Assembly: GCF_009914755.1 (NCBI RefSeq)
Contig: NC_060947.1
DNA from: the human T2T-CHM13v2.0 reference genome, Homo sapiens
DNA: 64,000 nucleotides
Strand: one strand, 5' to 3'
Made by a program: the position numbers and the translations under genes. The notes beneath the pieces were generated by a model. That model saw only the letters and a list, made by a program, of their open reading frames with translations. It had not been told where the DNA came from and made no database searches. This document shows positions 1 through 13,672 of the stretch, in pieces. The number at the start of each line of letters is the position of its first letter. Within the stretch, counting starts at the first letter, position 1.

Positions 1-1476
1 ATTAAGTGAAAAAGAATATCTGCCACCTACTTCACTGAGGCGTAAACAGTCCCTATAGATCAATGAGAAAAGGACCCAACACCCGTATAAAAACAAAGGG
101 CAATTCACATGTTTTCCAGAAATGGAACGCAGATGATTTTATGAAGATAGCCCATTTGATGTCGTTTTTCAACTAAGAGATTGGCAATAATCAGAAAGTT
201 TGTAGGGCTCTTAGGAAACAGATCTGAGACATCATGTAAGTCCTGGGCATTTGCGAAACTTCTATGGGGAATGGACTGACAGTGTCCTTAAACAATTAAA
301 CATGCACATCCGTGGTCGGCCCCCTCAAGGGTGGAGAGGATGAGGCATTTGTGATGTCTCAATACATCCTGGAGAATCTAGAAGGTCACCTCCACACACC
401 TGCACCACAGGTGGCATCCTATAGGTATTTGCTAAAGGAAGCAATGAAAGGGTAAGATAAATAACCAAGAGGTGCCCGCCACTGTGTTCACCCAATTTTA
501 CATACTCCAAGTTATCACTAGTGTCAAAATCAGAAGAAATAACTCCAATGCCAGAAAAAGCCAGCTGGCTGTGCCCTTCAATATCCTGAGAATGATGGGA
601 TGTGAAAAGGTGTCGAATCCTCAACAGCAGGGAGACTGCTTGGATGACTCCCACCCAGAACTGAAATTGAAGGCGGAGTTTCTGAGCTTAGAAAGGGGAA
701 AGACCCAGCATTTATGACTGACTCCTTCATCCAACCTCTTTCCCCAAATCAGACGATTTTTGACATGGGTATGGTAACACCATACGTTTGCATAGAGAGA
801 TTCATGGGAAGCCTAGCTGCTGTGACGTGCAGCAGTCAGTTTTTAACACCATCATCAGTGGCGAAATGAAACATTCCCTTGAAATCGCCTTTCTCTGGAT
901 GACTATTTAAACAGCTTCACGTTAGCCTGCCTGTGCGACTGAGGACGTACTGATGATATCCTCATTTTCCGGTGGAGGAAAGTTTATGACGTCAATCCCA
1001 TTCCGAATATCAGGACTTTAAATCTCTATGATGTTAGCACAAAATGCAAGTGGAGCCCTCTCCAAGCTTTCATAGAGCCATGTATTTTGGAAGCCTTAAT
1101 GGGGAGACAGTTCTCAATGTGGAAAAGTTGTCATGTATCGCAGAGAAGAGAACAGACCACCATGCCCAGCTAATATTTGTATTTTTAGTAGAGACGGGGT
1201 TTCAACATGTTGGCCAGGATGGTCTCGATCTGTTGACCTCGTGATCTGCTCACCTCGACCTACCAAAATGCTGGGATTTCAGGCGTGAGCCACCGCGCTG
1301 GGCCCAATACATCTCTTTTCTTAGTTGACTTCTTTTGTATCTCTTCATAGCCTTTTCATATTTTTATATTGATTTGTATCTTTCATTTTTTATATATTTA
1401 AACTACCTACTTATGTTAATTCTGTGCCATGGTAACTTCCTTAATTCATGATTCATATGGGCATACATACAGTCAT

Positions 1477-2090
<614 letters not shown>

Positions 2091-2507
2091 ACATTTGTCA
2101 GGAATGGGTATTAAATTCAATCAAGTGTTTTCTTGGGATGCATCATGCTGACTATGGTTTTCTACTTTGACCTGTTAATATGGTGAATTAAATATAATGA
2201 CATATCATCGATCATCCTTCAATCCAATCTTATTTGGTGTTACACTTTAGTTTTGTTATTTTCTTTAGGATTATTGTGTCAATATTCAAAAGTCAAATTC
2301 ATGTGTGTTATATGTTTGCATGTAATATATTTCAATATTGTGCTTTCTTCATACATACATTTTGGTAGATTTTCTTCTTTCTCTTGTGGAAAATCTGATT
2401 GGCTAAAGTTTTCTGGGCATGGGCTGTGTGTGTGTGTGTGTGTGTGTGTTTTAGAGGGGGCAAAGGGTTTTTGTTTCTTTCTGTTGGAGAGAGATTTATT
2501 TATTTAG

Positions 2508-2714
<207 letters not shown>

Positions 2715-3420
2715 TGACTTCAAGTGATCTGCCTTCCTCGGCCTCCCAAAGTGCTGGGATGACAGGCATGAGTCACTGTACCCGGCTGGGAAATGAATTT
2801 TTAAAAAAAAAACTTTATGTATTTCTACTTCTTCATTGGAAAGTCATTCGTATTTACTTAAGTTTTCAAATATCACAGTGCAGATTAGAACAAAGTAGTT
2901 GTTTATAATTCTTCCGCATCCTCCAAGTGTATGGAGAAGCTCGCATTCTTCTTGTTTTGTGCTGTCATTATTTTAGTTTGTTATCTTCGTCTACTTTAGT
3001 TTTCTCAGATAATGTTTAAATTATTTGGCAAATCATTTCTCAATTTTCAATGCATTAATTTCCTCCACCTGCTTTTCTGGAGTTTCATGTGATACCCACT
3101 CTCCCCACACAGGATGACTTCTCGAGTTGAATGTTCATTCCATTTATTTTCATTCTTTCTTGCTTAATGTTGTAAACAGGCGAGGTTCTAACTTTTCATC
3201 TGTGTACTACAAGCTCTCAAGTTCTTTCATGGGGAGTTTGTATCATGGTCATTTTCTAGTATTTAGCATTTTCAGCTTTTGTTTCCTGTCAACTCAACAT
3301 TAAAAGTTTTTTAAAACGTCCGGGTGATATTGTTGCTTTGTTTGCTTTCCTGGTTTCATTATCCATTTTCAATTTTGCTGCTGTGAATTTGCACCGTCTC
3401 CTTGGGGAGTGATTTGGCTG

Positions 3421-3870
3421 TATATTAGTCAGCGTTCTCTAGAGGGACATAACTAATGGAATATATATATACACACAAAGGGGAGTTTATTAAATATTAA
3501 CTCACACGATCACAAGGTCCCACAATAGGCCATCTGCAGGCTGAGGAGCAAGGAGAGCCAGTCCCAGTCCCAAAACTGAAGAACTTGGAGTCCAGTGTTT
3601 GAGGGCAGGAAGCATCCAGCACGGGACAGAGATGTAGGCTGGGAGGGTAGGCCAGTCTCTCTTTTTGCATTTTTTTGCCTGCTTTATATTCTAGCCTTGA
3701 TGGCAGCTGATTAGATTATGCCCACCCAGATTAAGGGCGGGGGGCCTGCCTTTCCCAGCCCACTGACTCACATGGTAATCTCCTTCGGCAACACCCTCAC
3801 AGACACACCCAGGATCAATACTTTGTGTCAATCAATCCAATCAGGTTAACAGTCAGTATGAACCATCACA
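3421..3870 (+). mobile_element. MLT2A-type (ERVL) solo LTR
   Basis: TATTAGTCAG.GTTCTCTAGAGGGACA...AACCATCACA with TSD-like flanks ggctg/ggcag. Confidence 0.88.
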
Positions 3871-4784
3871 GGCAGTGTCTACAAGCAATGAAACATGCAC
3901 ACACCTTTCTACCTAATTCCTGCCCATTCCTGACCAACGCTCCTAAGAAAGGAATAGATTTGATTTTTTTCTTGATTTTATATCTTAAAAACCTGTTGTA
4001 TCCATGTCTGTATGTGTGCCAGGGTGAATCACAAAGTCAGGAAGTTAGTGTGACGCAGAATAAGGATATCTTTATTCTTTTATTTTTTATTACTTTTTAT
4101 TTTGTTTTTGAGACAGAGTCTTACTCTGTCCCCCAGGCTGGAGTGCGGTGGCCTGATCTAAGCTCACTACAACCTCCACCTCTCCGGTTCAAGTGATTCT
4201 CCTGCCTCAGCCTCCCAAGTAGCTGGGATTACAGGCACATGCCACCACACCCGGCTAATTTTTGTATTTGTAGTAGAAATGTGGTTTCACCATGTTGGCC
4301 AGGCTGGTCTCAAACTCCTGACCTCAGGTGATCCATCCGCCTCGGCCTCCTAAAGTGCTGGGATCGCAGGTGTGAGCCATCATGCGTGGCCTAGAATATT
4401 CTTATTTCCAATTTTACAGCAACAGAATGTCTTCTGTCTTGTTTCTACTTTAAAAAAACAGTTTGCTAAAGCTTTCTTTGTAGTGCAGTTGTGAATTTTC
4501 AGGAGCATCCCATGAACATTGAAAAGGAGATGCATTCACGCTTTTTAAGGTTATCGAGGATGTGAAAATTAAAGTCGGCTTTGTAAATTCTGCCATGTCT
4601 GTGAGCTCCCAGCATTTGATCAGCTGAGGCTTCGAGCGGTGAAGTAGAGTGCTTTTCCCCTAACGTGCTCTGATCTGGAGCCTGCGTGTATTACCGCTGG
4701 GCACACGGCCTGCCCTGACCATACTTTAGTGAAGCAGAGGTGATAAAACTGGGTTTCCCAGGACTCCTGCAACACACAGCTTTG

Positions 4785-5382
4785 ATGTCGGCAAACTAGA
4801 ACCCGGGAGCCAAATCTGCCCACGGTGTGTTTTTGTACAGCTTTCGAGGTAAGAATTTTTTTGTATTATTGTCGTTATCGTTGTTTTGAGATGGCGTCTT
4901 ACTCCGTCGCCCAGGCTGGAGTCCAGTGGCATGATCTCGGCTCACTGCAACCTCCGCCCCTGGGTTCAAGCGATTCTCCTGCCTCAGCCACCTGAGCAGC
5001 TGGGACTACAGGCATGCACCACTACGCCCGGCTACTTTTTGTATTTTCAGTAGAGACAGGGTTTCACCATGTTGGCCAGGTTGGTCTCGAACTCCTGGCC
5101 TCAAGTGATCTGCCTGCCTCTGGCTCTCAAAGTCCTGGGATTACAGACATGAGCCACGGTGCCCAGCCAAGAATGGTTTTTACATGTCTGAATAATTTTC
5201 AAAACTCCAAAGAACAATAATATTTTGTGATGCATGAAAATTATGTGACACTCAAGTTTTTATGTTCATAAAGTCCACTTGGCGCACAGACATTGGTTAC
5301 ATATTGCAGCAGAATCCATATGGTTTGCAAAGATAAATGCCTTTACTATCTGACCTTCTGCAGAAAAGCTTGTCTACTCTTG
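4785..5382 (+). mobile_element. MER58B-type hAT/Charlie DNA transposon, split by an antisense Alu (about 4862-5168)
   Basis: Begins GTCGGCAAACTA...GCCAAATCTGCCC...TGTTTTTGTACAGC, resumes AAGAATGGTTTTTACAT and ends TTTACTATCTGACCTTCTGCAGAAAAGCTTGTCTACTCTTG, matching the recalled MER58B consensus. The Alu TSD is aagaat..ttttt. Confidence 0.8.
5331..5336 (+). promoter_or_regulatory. Erythroid GATA1 motif AGATAA (site of rs311103; G allele, motif intact)
   Basis: AGATAA seen at 5331-5336, about 3.7 kb upstream of the inferred XG start site. That matches the known position of the Xga/CD99 regulatory SNP. SNP identity is inferred from distance. Confidence 0.8.
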
Positions 5383-6063
5383 CCTCAAGAAGCATGTAAA
5401 ATACTTACAACACTGGCACGTTAGGCATGCTGGAAATCGTAGCAATTATTTTGCACCTTCACTACATCTGAGAGGATTTCCTGAACTTAACCATTTAACC
5501 TAACTCCTCACTACCTTTTGGGAAACATTTTTTTTATTAAGGTGAAATTCACAAATCATAGAATTAACCTTTTTTTTTTTTTTGACCCGGAGTCTCTGTC
5601 ACCCAGGCTGGCGTGATCTCATCTCACTGCAACCTCTGCTTACCGGGTTCAGGCAATTCTCGTGCCTCAGCCTGCCAAGTAGTTGGGATTACAGGCAGTC
5701 ACCACCACATCTGGCTAATTTTTGTATTTTTAGTAGAGATGGGTTGCATCATGTTGGCCAGGCTGGTCTTGAACTCCTGACCTTAGGTGATCCACCCGCC
5801 TCAGCCTCCCAAAGTGCTGGGATGACAGGAGAATTCACCATTTTAAAGTGAACAATTCAGGTTGCTTGCTGCTTTCACAGTGTTTTGTGGCCACCACTTC
5901 TACCTAGTTCCAAGATATTTTCACTGCCCCCAAAAGAAATCCCATTAGCAGCTGTTTTTTATATTGGCTTCCTGGGGCTGTCATAAAAACATGCTTCAAA
6001 CTAGGTAGGGGGCTTAAAAAACAGACAGTTAAGCTGTCACAGTTCTGGAGCATAGAGGTCTGA

Positions 6064-6667
<604 letters not shown>

Positions 6668-6860
6668 TAGAATGGATTCCATGCCCCTCCCATTGCGTCC
6701 AGTGGTTTGCTGCCAATATCCCTTGGCTTGTAGGTGCATCACCCCAATCTCCCACTTCATGTTCCCAAGGCCTTCTCCCTGTGTGCATGTCAGTGTCCAG
6801 ATTTCTCTCTTCTTTTAAAATACCAATCATATTGCAGTATGACCTCATCTTAACTAATGA

Positions 6861-7248
6861 TTAGGTTGGTGCAAAAGTAATTGCAGTTTTCACCTTCAAA
6901 AGTAATGGCGAGGAGCTGGGCACGCTACCTCACGCCTGTAATCTCAGCACTTCGAGAGGCCGAGGTGGGCGGATCACAAGGTCAGGAGTTCGAGACCAGC
7001 CTGGCCAACATGGTGAAACCCCGTCTCTACTAAAAATGCAAAAATTAACCAGGTGTGGTGGTGCATGCCTGTAATTCCAGCTACTCAGGAGGCTGAGGCA
7101 GAAGAATCACTTGAGCTCAGGAGGCAGAAGTTGCAGTGAGCTGACATCACGCCACTGCATTCCAGCCTGGGTGACAGAGCAAGCCTGTGTCTCAAAAAAA
7201 AAAAAAAAATTAATGGTGAAAACTGCAATTACTTTTGCACCAAAGTAA
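6861..7248. mobile_element. MADE1 (Hsmar1 MITE) split by an Alu (about 6914-7209)
   Basis: Left TIR TTAGGTTGGTGCAAAAGTAATTGCAGTTTT at 6861-6890 and inverted TIR AAAACTGCAATTACTTTTGCACCAAAGTAA at 7219-7248. Confidence 0.9.
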
Positions 7249-7661
7249 TACATCTGCAAAGATCTTATCTCCAAAGAAAGTCACATTCTGAAGTACTGAA
7301 GGGTTGGGCTTCAATATATGAAGTTTGCGGGAGAAAAAATGCAACTCATAATATATCCATTCCCACGTCTTTCCAGCCCCTGGCAACCGGCAATGTGCTT
7401 TCTGTCTCTGCAGATTTGCCTGTTCTGGACATTTCAGAGAAATGGAATCCTACACAATGCGTTCTTCTGTGTCTGTTTTCTCTAACTCAGCATCCAGTTT
7501 TTGACGTCCATCCACTTTGTAGCAGATGTCACGGTGTCAGTCCTCTTTAGGGTCAGGGGACTTTGAAGGAAATATCTTTCTAAATGCATCAACTGCTTCC
7601 TGGACTCTGCCACTCAGAGCTTAGGACTGCACAAGCTAACTGCCTTAGAGCATTTCCCCCA

Positions 7662-7770
7662 TATGCACACACACACACACATGAACACACATGCACACGC
7701 ACACATGCACACGCACACACGCACACACACACAGACAGACACGTGCACACACACACACACCTGTGTGCAC
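7662..7770. repeat. Imperfect (CA)n repeat
   Basis: Directly visible. Confidence 0.9.
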
Positions 7771-8899
7771 AGGAACTTAATCCATCCAAGTAACTTACCT
7801 TTATAAAGATGTTGCAGTCCAGGCGCGATGGCTCACACCTGTAATCCCAGCACTTTGGGAAGCCGAGGCAGGTGGATCACTTGAGGTCAAGAGTTCAAGA
7901 CCAGCCTGGCCAATGCAGTGAAACCCTGTATCTACTAAAAATACAGAAATTAGCCGGGTGTGGTGTCGGGTGCCTGTAATCCTAGCTACTCGGGTGGCTG
8001 AGGCAGGAGAATCACTTGAACCTGAGAGGCGGAGGTTGTAGTGAGTTGAGATCACACCACTGCACTCCAGCCTGGGCAACAGAGTGAGACTCTGTCTCAA
8101 AAAAAAAAAAGGAAGATATTTCATAGAAGACAACTCCCAAACACCAGGTCAACAACATGAACAGACTTAACACTCCAGATGCTCAAATTTGCAGAGAGAA
8201 AAGTCCAAGGTTTATTTCTCCTTTTGGGTCTGTTTGCCATGAATCCTGCTTCTCTGGGAATTTAGAAGCTGCCCTCATAACTAAGACTGATTTTCCCCTT
8301 TCTCCTGCAGTTAATCTATTTACCAGAGGACTTCAAAGCTGTTTGCAAATGGTAACTTTTTAAGTGCTTGCCTACTGCTTCATGGTAGGTAGAGTGTAAG
8401 GGTTAACCCACGAGTTGTATATGGATAAATTAGACACACTCACAGATCTGCAGGGAAGAATATAATTAAAACCATTGTGAAAGCAGGAGTCATCATCGAA
8501 CTCAGCTATCCAGTCATGTTTCTTCTCCAAGGAGATTTCAAACAGAAGATGTAAATTTTGGTAGTTACATAAAATGTCTCAGATTTAAATGAAAGACACA
8601 AAAAGCCACATATCTCCTTTTCCTGAACAACCGTCTCTGCTGAAATATTAGTTCTGCCACCTACAAAGACAACTGAAGGCTGAGGATAAAAAATGCCTCT
8701 TGGAAGTCACTGAGTTTGTTAGGTATAAAAGCCAAGACTTCAACTGAGGTCTTTGCACTGATGTGTACATTAACCCCACACTGGGTATCACTGTACAATC
8801 ATGTCCTGCAGGAGGAAGATTACAGGCGGCCAGTGTCTTCTCTGGTTTCTGGGTTGGTGACTTTGAACTTGCTACAGCTCCCACACCCGCAGCGAGCAG

Positions 8900-9263
8900 A
8901 GTTGCCAAGCAAGTGTGCCGGCTTCCAGAAGCCTGAGATGCCCATTGGTGCTTGGGAACCACCCCAGTTTCCCCATCGTCTGTGCTGCTGCAGATTGGTT
9001 GGGGCAGCCCGGGGAGGCTGGCTCCGACACACGACTGAGTGTGCCTACACTGGTCCCACAGGTTTTCAGCTGTGGAGTTTGGGATCTGAGCTTGGAGCCC
9101 ATTTGTTTCTGGCAGTTCCGCTCATATTTTCCACTTGAAGACATCGCCTCCCTTCCTTCCAAGCTGGGAGACCAGAAGTCAACAACAGGAGGGTGGAGAG
9201 GCCGGGTCTCACAATCCGCTTGGCTGGGGAGTCCACTGAGGTTCTTGCATCCTGAAGCAAACC
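8900..9263 (+). promoter_or_regulatory. XG: XG proximal promoter / 5' UTR region
   Basis: Unique, moderately GC-rich sequence directly upstream of the ATG, with a reverse CCAAT (ATTGG) near 8994. The start site near 9040 is inferred from known annotation. Confidence 0.6.
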
Positions 9264-9324
9264 ATGGAGAGCTGGTGGGGACTTCCCTGTCTTGCGTTCC
9301 TGTGTTTTCTAATGCACGCCCGAG
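9264..9324 (+). CDS. XG: XG exon 1 coding part (signal peptide MESWWGLPCLAFLCFLMHAR-G)
   Basis: Strong Kozak context ACCATGG at 9261-9267, a hydrophobic signal peptide and the donor CGAG|gtaaga at 9325. The N-terminus is recognised as the Xg glycoprotein. Confidence 0.97.
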
Positions 9325-10441
9325 GTAAGAGGCATTTTGCTTTGAGGGAGATCTGCCTGGGCATGGATTTTTCTATTCTTGCTTTAAGAAACTCTTTCCA
9401 AAGGAGTTGCTATGAAGTGAATGGGGATAATTTGCCCAATGGGATTAGAAAGGAGACTAAGAGCGATGGGTGGCTGAGAGGGGAGGGAGAAGACGGGCTG
9501 CTCCCATTTGGAATCTGGGAATTAGATCCAGAAGGGCAGGATGTTAGCTGATACCATCTAGATATTCGCCATATTTTCCTGTTTTGATCCATGTGTCCCA
9601 AGCGTTTAAAAAATGACCTATTTAACTCCATGATTCAAGCATGACTGGGTGTGTGTGGAATGTCAGTCATTTCTTTCTGATTTTAAAAATTAGTTCTGAC
9701 CATTTCCATACAGTAAAAGTAGAGTTGAAACTACTTCATCCCGTGGGGCAGATTACCAGAGATTCGTTTGCCGGAAGGGTTGCATTTATTCAGATTTTTA
9801 AATCTTTTCCTAAACACTGTCATTCATTCTTGCAAATTAAAACCACCTGAATTGTTCACATCAAAAACTTCGATATAAACTTGCAGGCTGGCTGTCCCAG
9901 ATCCAAGATTAGATTTTTCAGTTCCGTACGAGGACCTCTTTAAGAAACTCCAATGAACTCATAAAGTACAGGATTTGAACAACGGTTGAGTAAGTTTCTT
10001 TGGTCATTTTCATGTGGCGATTTCAGAGAAGGGAACACCTGGGCGCATCTTAAGAGAGAGAAGTATTTCTGTTAGGAGTTAAAACACATCATTCAGATGT
10101 CCCTGTGGCAGCATTTCCTGTTTATCCTATTTAAAGACATGGACGTCATTAAGATTGGAGTTGGTTGTTTATGGGCGGAGGCGGTGTCGGGATGGATAGA
10201 TCCTGGTGGACATAGTCTAGGATCTGCAGTGAGAATTTTTTATTATTCTGTGCTGTCTTCAGATCTCACCTAGTAAGTGGACAATGTGGCCATGCATTCA
10301 TTAGCTTCTGTTTACAGGGAGATGTTCAACAGTAAACCCACCTCCCCAGAAAAGTACTTCCAGGAGTTTGTATCATTCACAGTAAGAGCCAAAGGTTAAC
10401 CATATCCCCTTGGGCAAATCAACTTCTACAAAGTGCGGATA

Positions 10442-11070
10442 CAGACAGTTCCCAACTTACCATGGTTTGACATGATGGTTCAATTTAAGATTTTTCAACT
10501 TTACAACGGTGTAAAATTGGTATGCATTCAGTACAAACGAAAACTGTACTTTGAGTACCCATACAACTTTTCTTTTTTTTTTTTGAGATGTCGTGTCGTT
10601 TCATTCTGTTGCCCAGGCTGGAGTGCAGTGACACAATCTGAGCTCACTGCAACCTCCACCTCCTACGTTCAAGCAATTCTCCTGCCTCAGCATCTCAAGT
10701 AGCTGGGATTATAGGTGCCCACCACCACACCCAGCTAATTTTTCTATTTTTAGTAGAGACTGGGTTTCACCATGTTGGCCAGGCTGGTCTTGAATCTTGA
10801 CCTCTGGTGATCCACCGGCCTCCCAAAGTGCTGGGATTATAAATGTGAGCCACCATGCCCGGCCCCATACAGCCATTCTGTTTTTCACTTTCAGTACAAT
10901 GTTCAATAAATTATGTGAGGTATGCAACACCTCATTATAAAGTTGACTGTGTGCTAGATGATTTGTCCATCCGTTGGCTGATGAAAAGTGTTCTGAGCAC
11001 TCTGAAGGCAGGTAAGGCTAAGCTATGGCGTTTGGTAGGGTAGTTGTATTAAATGCACTTACAACATAAA
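10442..11070 (-). mobile_element. MER47A-type (Tigger5) DNA transposon split by an Alu (about 10567-10864)
   Basis: CAGACAGTTCCCAACTTAC...GAGTACCCATACAAC [Alu] CCATACAGCCATTCTGTTTTTCACTTTCAGTACA...GTATTAAATGCA matches the reverse of the recalled MER47A consensus. Confidence 0.8.
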
Positions 11071-11088
11071 ATATTTTCTTTTTTTTAA

Positions 11089-11247
<159 letters not shown>

Positions 11248-11254
11248 TGACTAG

Positions 11255-11407
<153 letters not shown>

Positions 11408-11507
11408 TGACGGCAGCACTTCCTATGCACTAGGCATGGATTAACTTAGTTGATTGTCCCTCAGCCCTATGACGGGAGTGTCGTGCCTGATGTCATTTTA
11501 CAGATGG

Positions 11508-11944
11508 TGTATTAGTCAGGGTTCTCTAGAGGGACAGAACTAATGCAATAGAAATATATATAGAGAGAGGAGTTTATTAAGTATTAACTCATATGATCAC
11601 AAGGTCCCACAACAGGCCGTCTGCAGGCTGAGGAGCAAGGAGAGCCAGTCCAGGTTCCAAAACTGAAGAACTTGGAGTCTGATGTTCCAGCATCCACCAT
11701 GGGAGAAAGATGTAGGCCAGAAGACTAGGCCAGTGTCTCTTTTCACATTTTTCTGCCTGCTTATATTCTAGCCACAGCGGCAGCTGATTAGATGGTGCCC
11801 ACCCAAATTGAGGGTGGGTCCGCCCCTTCCAGTCCACTGACTCAAATGTTAATCTCCTTTGGCAACACCCTCACAGACACACCCAGGATCAATACTTTGT
11901 ATCCTTCAATCCAATCAAGTTGACATTCAGTATTAACCGTCACA
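11508..11944 (+). mobile_element. Second MLT2A-type solo LTR, inserted in a MIR
   Basis: TGTATTAGTCAGGGTTCTCTAGAGGGACAG...AACCGTCACA. The flanks rejoin to the MIR core CATTTTACAGATG/GGTAAACTGAGGCAC. Confidence 0.88.
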
Positions 11945-12097
11945 GATATGGGTAAACTGAGGCACTGAGGATTTGGACGGGGGCAGCCGGCAGCGGAATC
12001 TGAGCTGTCCTGTAGCTCTGTCTGGGAAGACTCCAGTGAGCATCCCGCTCTATCCCAAGCCTTGTCTTCTGAAAATCAGAATCATCCCTCCTCCAAG

Positions 12098-12637
12098 TGT
12101 TACAGGAAAGGGGTCCGGATCCAGACGCCAAGACGGGGTTCTTGGATCTCGCTCCATAAAGAATTCAGGGCTAGTCTGTAAACTGAAAACAAGTTTATTA
12201 GGAAAGTAAAGGAATAAAAGAATGGCTATTCCGCAGAGCAGCTCTTAGAGCTACTGCTTGCCCATTTTTATGGTTATTTCTTAGTGATATGCTAAGCAAG
12301 GCTTGGATTATTCATGCCTCCCCTTTTTAGACCATGCAGAGTTCCTGACATTGCCGTGGTATTTGTAATTGTCATGGTGCTGGTGGGAGGGTAACACTGA
12401 GGACAACCAGAGGCCACTCTCATCACCATCTGGGTTTTGGTGGGTTCTGGCCGGCTTCTTTACTACCACCTGTTTTATCAGCTAGGTCTTTATGACCTGT
12501 ATCTTGTGCAGACCTTCAGTCTCATCCTGTGACTCAGAATGCCTTAATCATCTGGGAATGCAGCCCAGTAGGTTTCAGCCTTCTATTGCCCAGCCCCTAT
12601 TCAAGATGGAGTCGCTCTGGTTCCAGTGCCTCTGACA
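12098..12637 (-). mobile_element. MER41-type ERV1 solo LTR
   Basis: The minus strand starts TGTCAGAGGCACTGGAACCAGAGCGACTCCATCTTGAATAGG. Perfect TSD CAAG at 12094-12097 and 12638-12641. Confidence 0.88.
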
Positions 12638-12898
12638 CAAGTAGCGCCCCTTAGGGAGGTTACAGGAGGGACTGGAAGGAAAGTGAGGTCTGGATCAGGG
12701 CCCTTCTGTGTAAATAAGATGATGTACATGCAGCAGCTGGGTATGTCCTGGGTAAAAATTAGTTAAATGCACAGACGACCCTGTTTCATCCCCAGCCATC
12801 ACCAGCTGGAAATGGGGCACATTCCCAAGATCCCAAAAACATTCTGCAAGGCTGGTGCGATGATTGCTATGAAGTACTTAAGAAAACAGATTATTGTT

Positions 12899-13040
12899 CA
12901 GGATCAATAGCTAATGCATGTGGGGCTTAATGCCTCTGTGACGGGTTGATGGGTGCAGCAAACCACCATGGCACATGTTTACCTATGTAACAAACCTGCA
13001 CGTCCTGCACACGTATCCCGGAACTTAAAATAAAATAAAG
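12899..13040 (+). mobile_element. Severely 5'-truncated L1PA 3' end
   Basis: GGGTGCAGCAAACCACCATGGCACATGTTTACCTATGTAACAAACCTGCAC followed by an A-tail. TSD aagaa(a/g)acaga(t/a)tattgtt. Confidence 0.88.
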
Positions 13041-13339
13041 AAGACAGAATATTGTTAATGGTTAATATGCTGTAAATCATTATGATGATTACTAAATTAT
13101 CAATACAAAAGAAGATAATAGCAAGACGGCCATATTCCTAATAGAGGTTGACATTTTAGCAGCCCTACATTTCCACTGTATTTAATTAGTATTTGCCGTC
13201 CAATCCAGAGGGGCATGAAGGAGCACGAGACAAAATCAGGTCTTCTAACAGCTGAGAAGAAGCTGAGAACCAGAAGTGGAAACCCCAAAGGGCAGTGTAT
13301 GAAATGTCATTTATTGAGGGGAAAAAAAAGAAAATGACA

Positions 13340-13597
13340 GAGTTCGATAGAAGAAATAAGCACTAGTGTTTACATAATCAGTAGGGTGACTTTAGTTTAC
13401 AATAATCTATTGTAGACTTCAAAATAGAAGAGTCGGAATGGTTCTAATATGAAGGAAAGACAAATATTTAAGGTGGATGGATATCCCAAGTAGGCTGATT
13501 TGATCTTTACAAATTATATAAATGTATTAAATTATTACATGTACCCTGAAGCTATGTACATCTGTTATGCATCAATTAAAAATAAATTAAAAGAAAA
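13340..13597 (+). mobile_element. L1MA-type 3' end
   Basis: GATAGAAGAAATAAG...AGTAGGGTGACT...AATAATCTATTGT...GATGGATATCCCAAG followed by an A-rich tail. Confidence 0.7.
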
Positions 13598-13672
13598 GGA
13601 TATATGTCCAGGATATACACCAGCTAAGACAGTCTCTTCCAAGTCTATTGTACATTATTCCCTTATCAGATT

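Noticed and set aside
9325-9551. Extension of ORF 9264-9551 (95 aa) past exon 1
   Set aside because: It reads through the consensus donor at 9325 into intron 1. Only the first 61 nt are coding.
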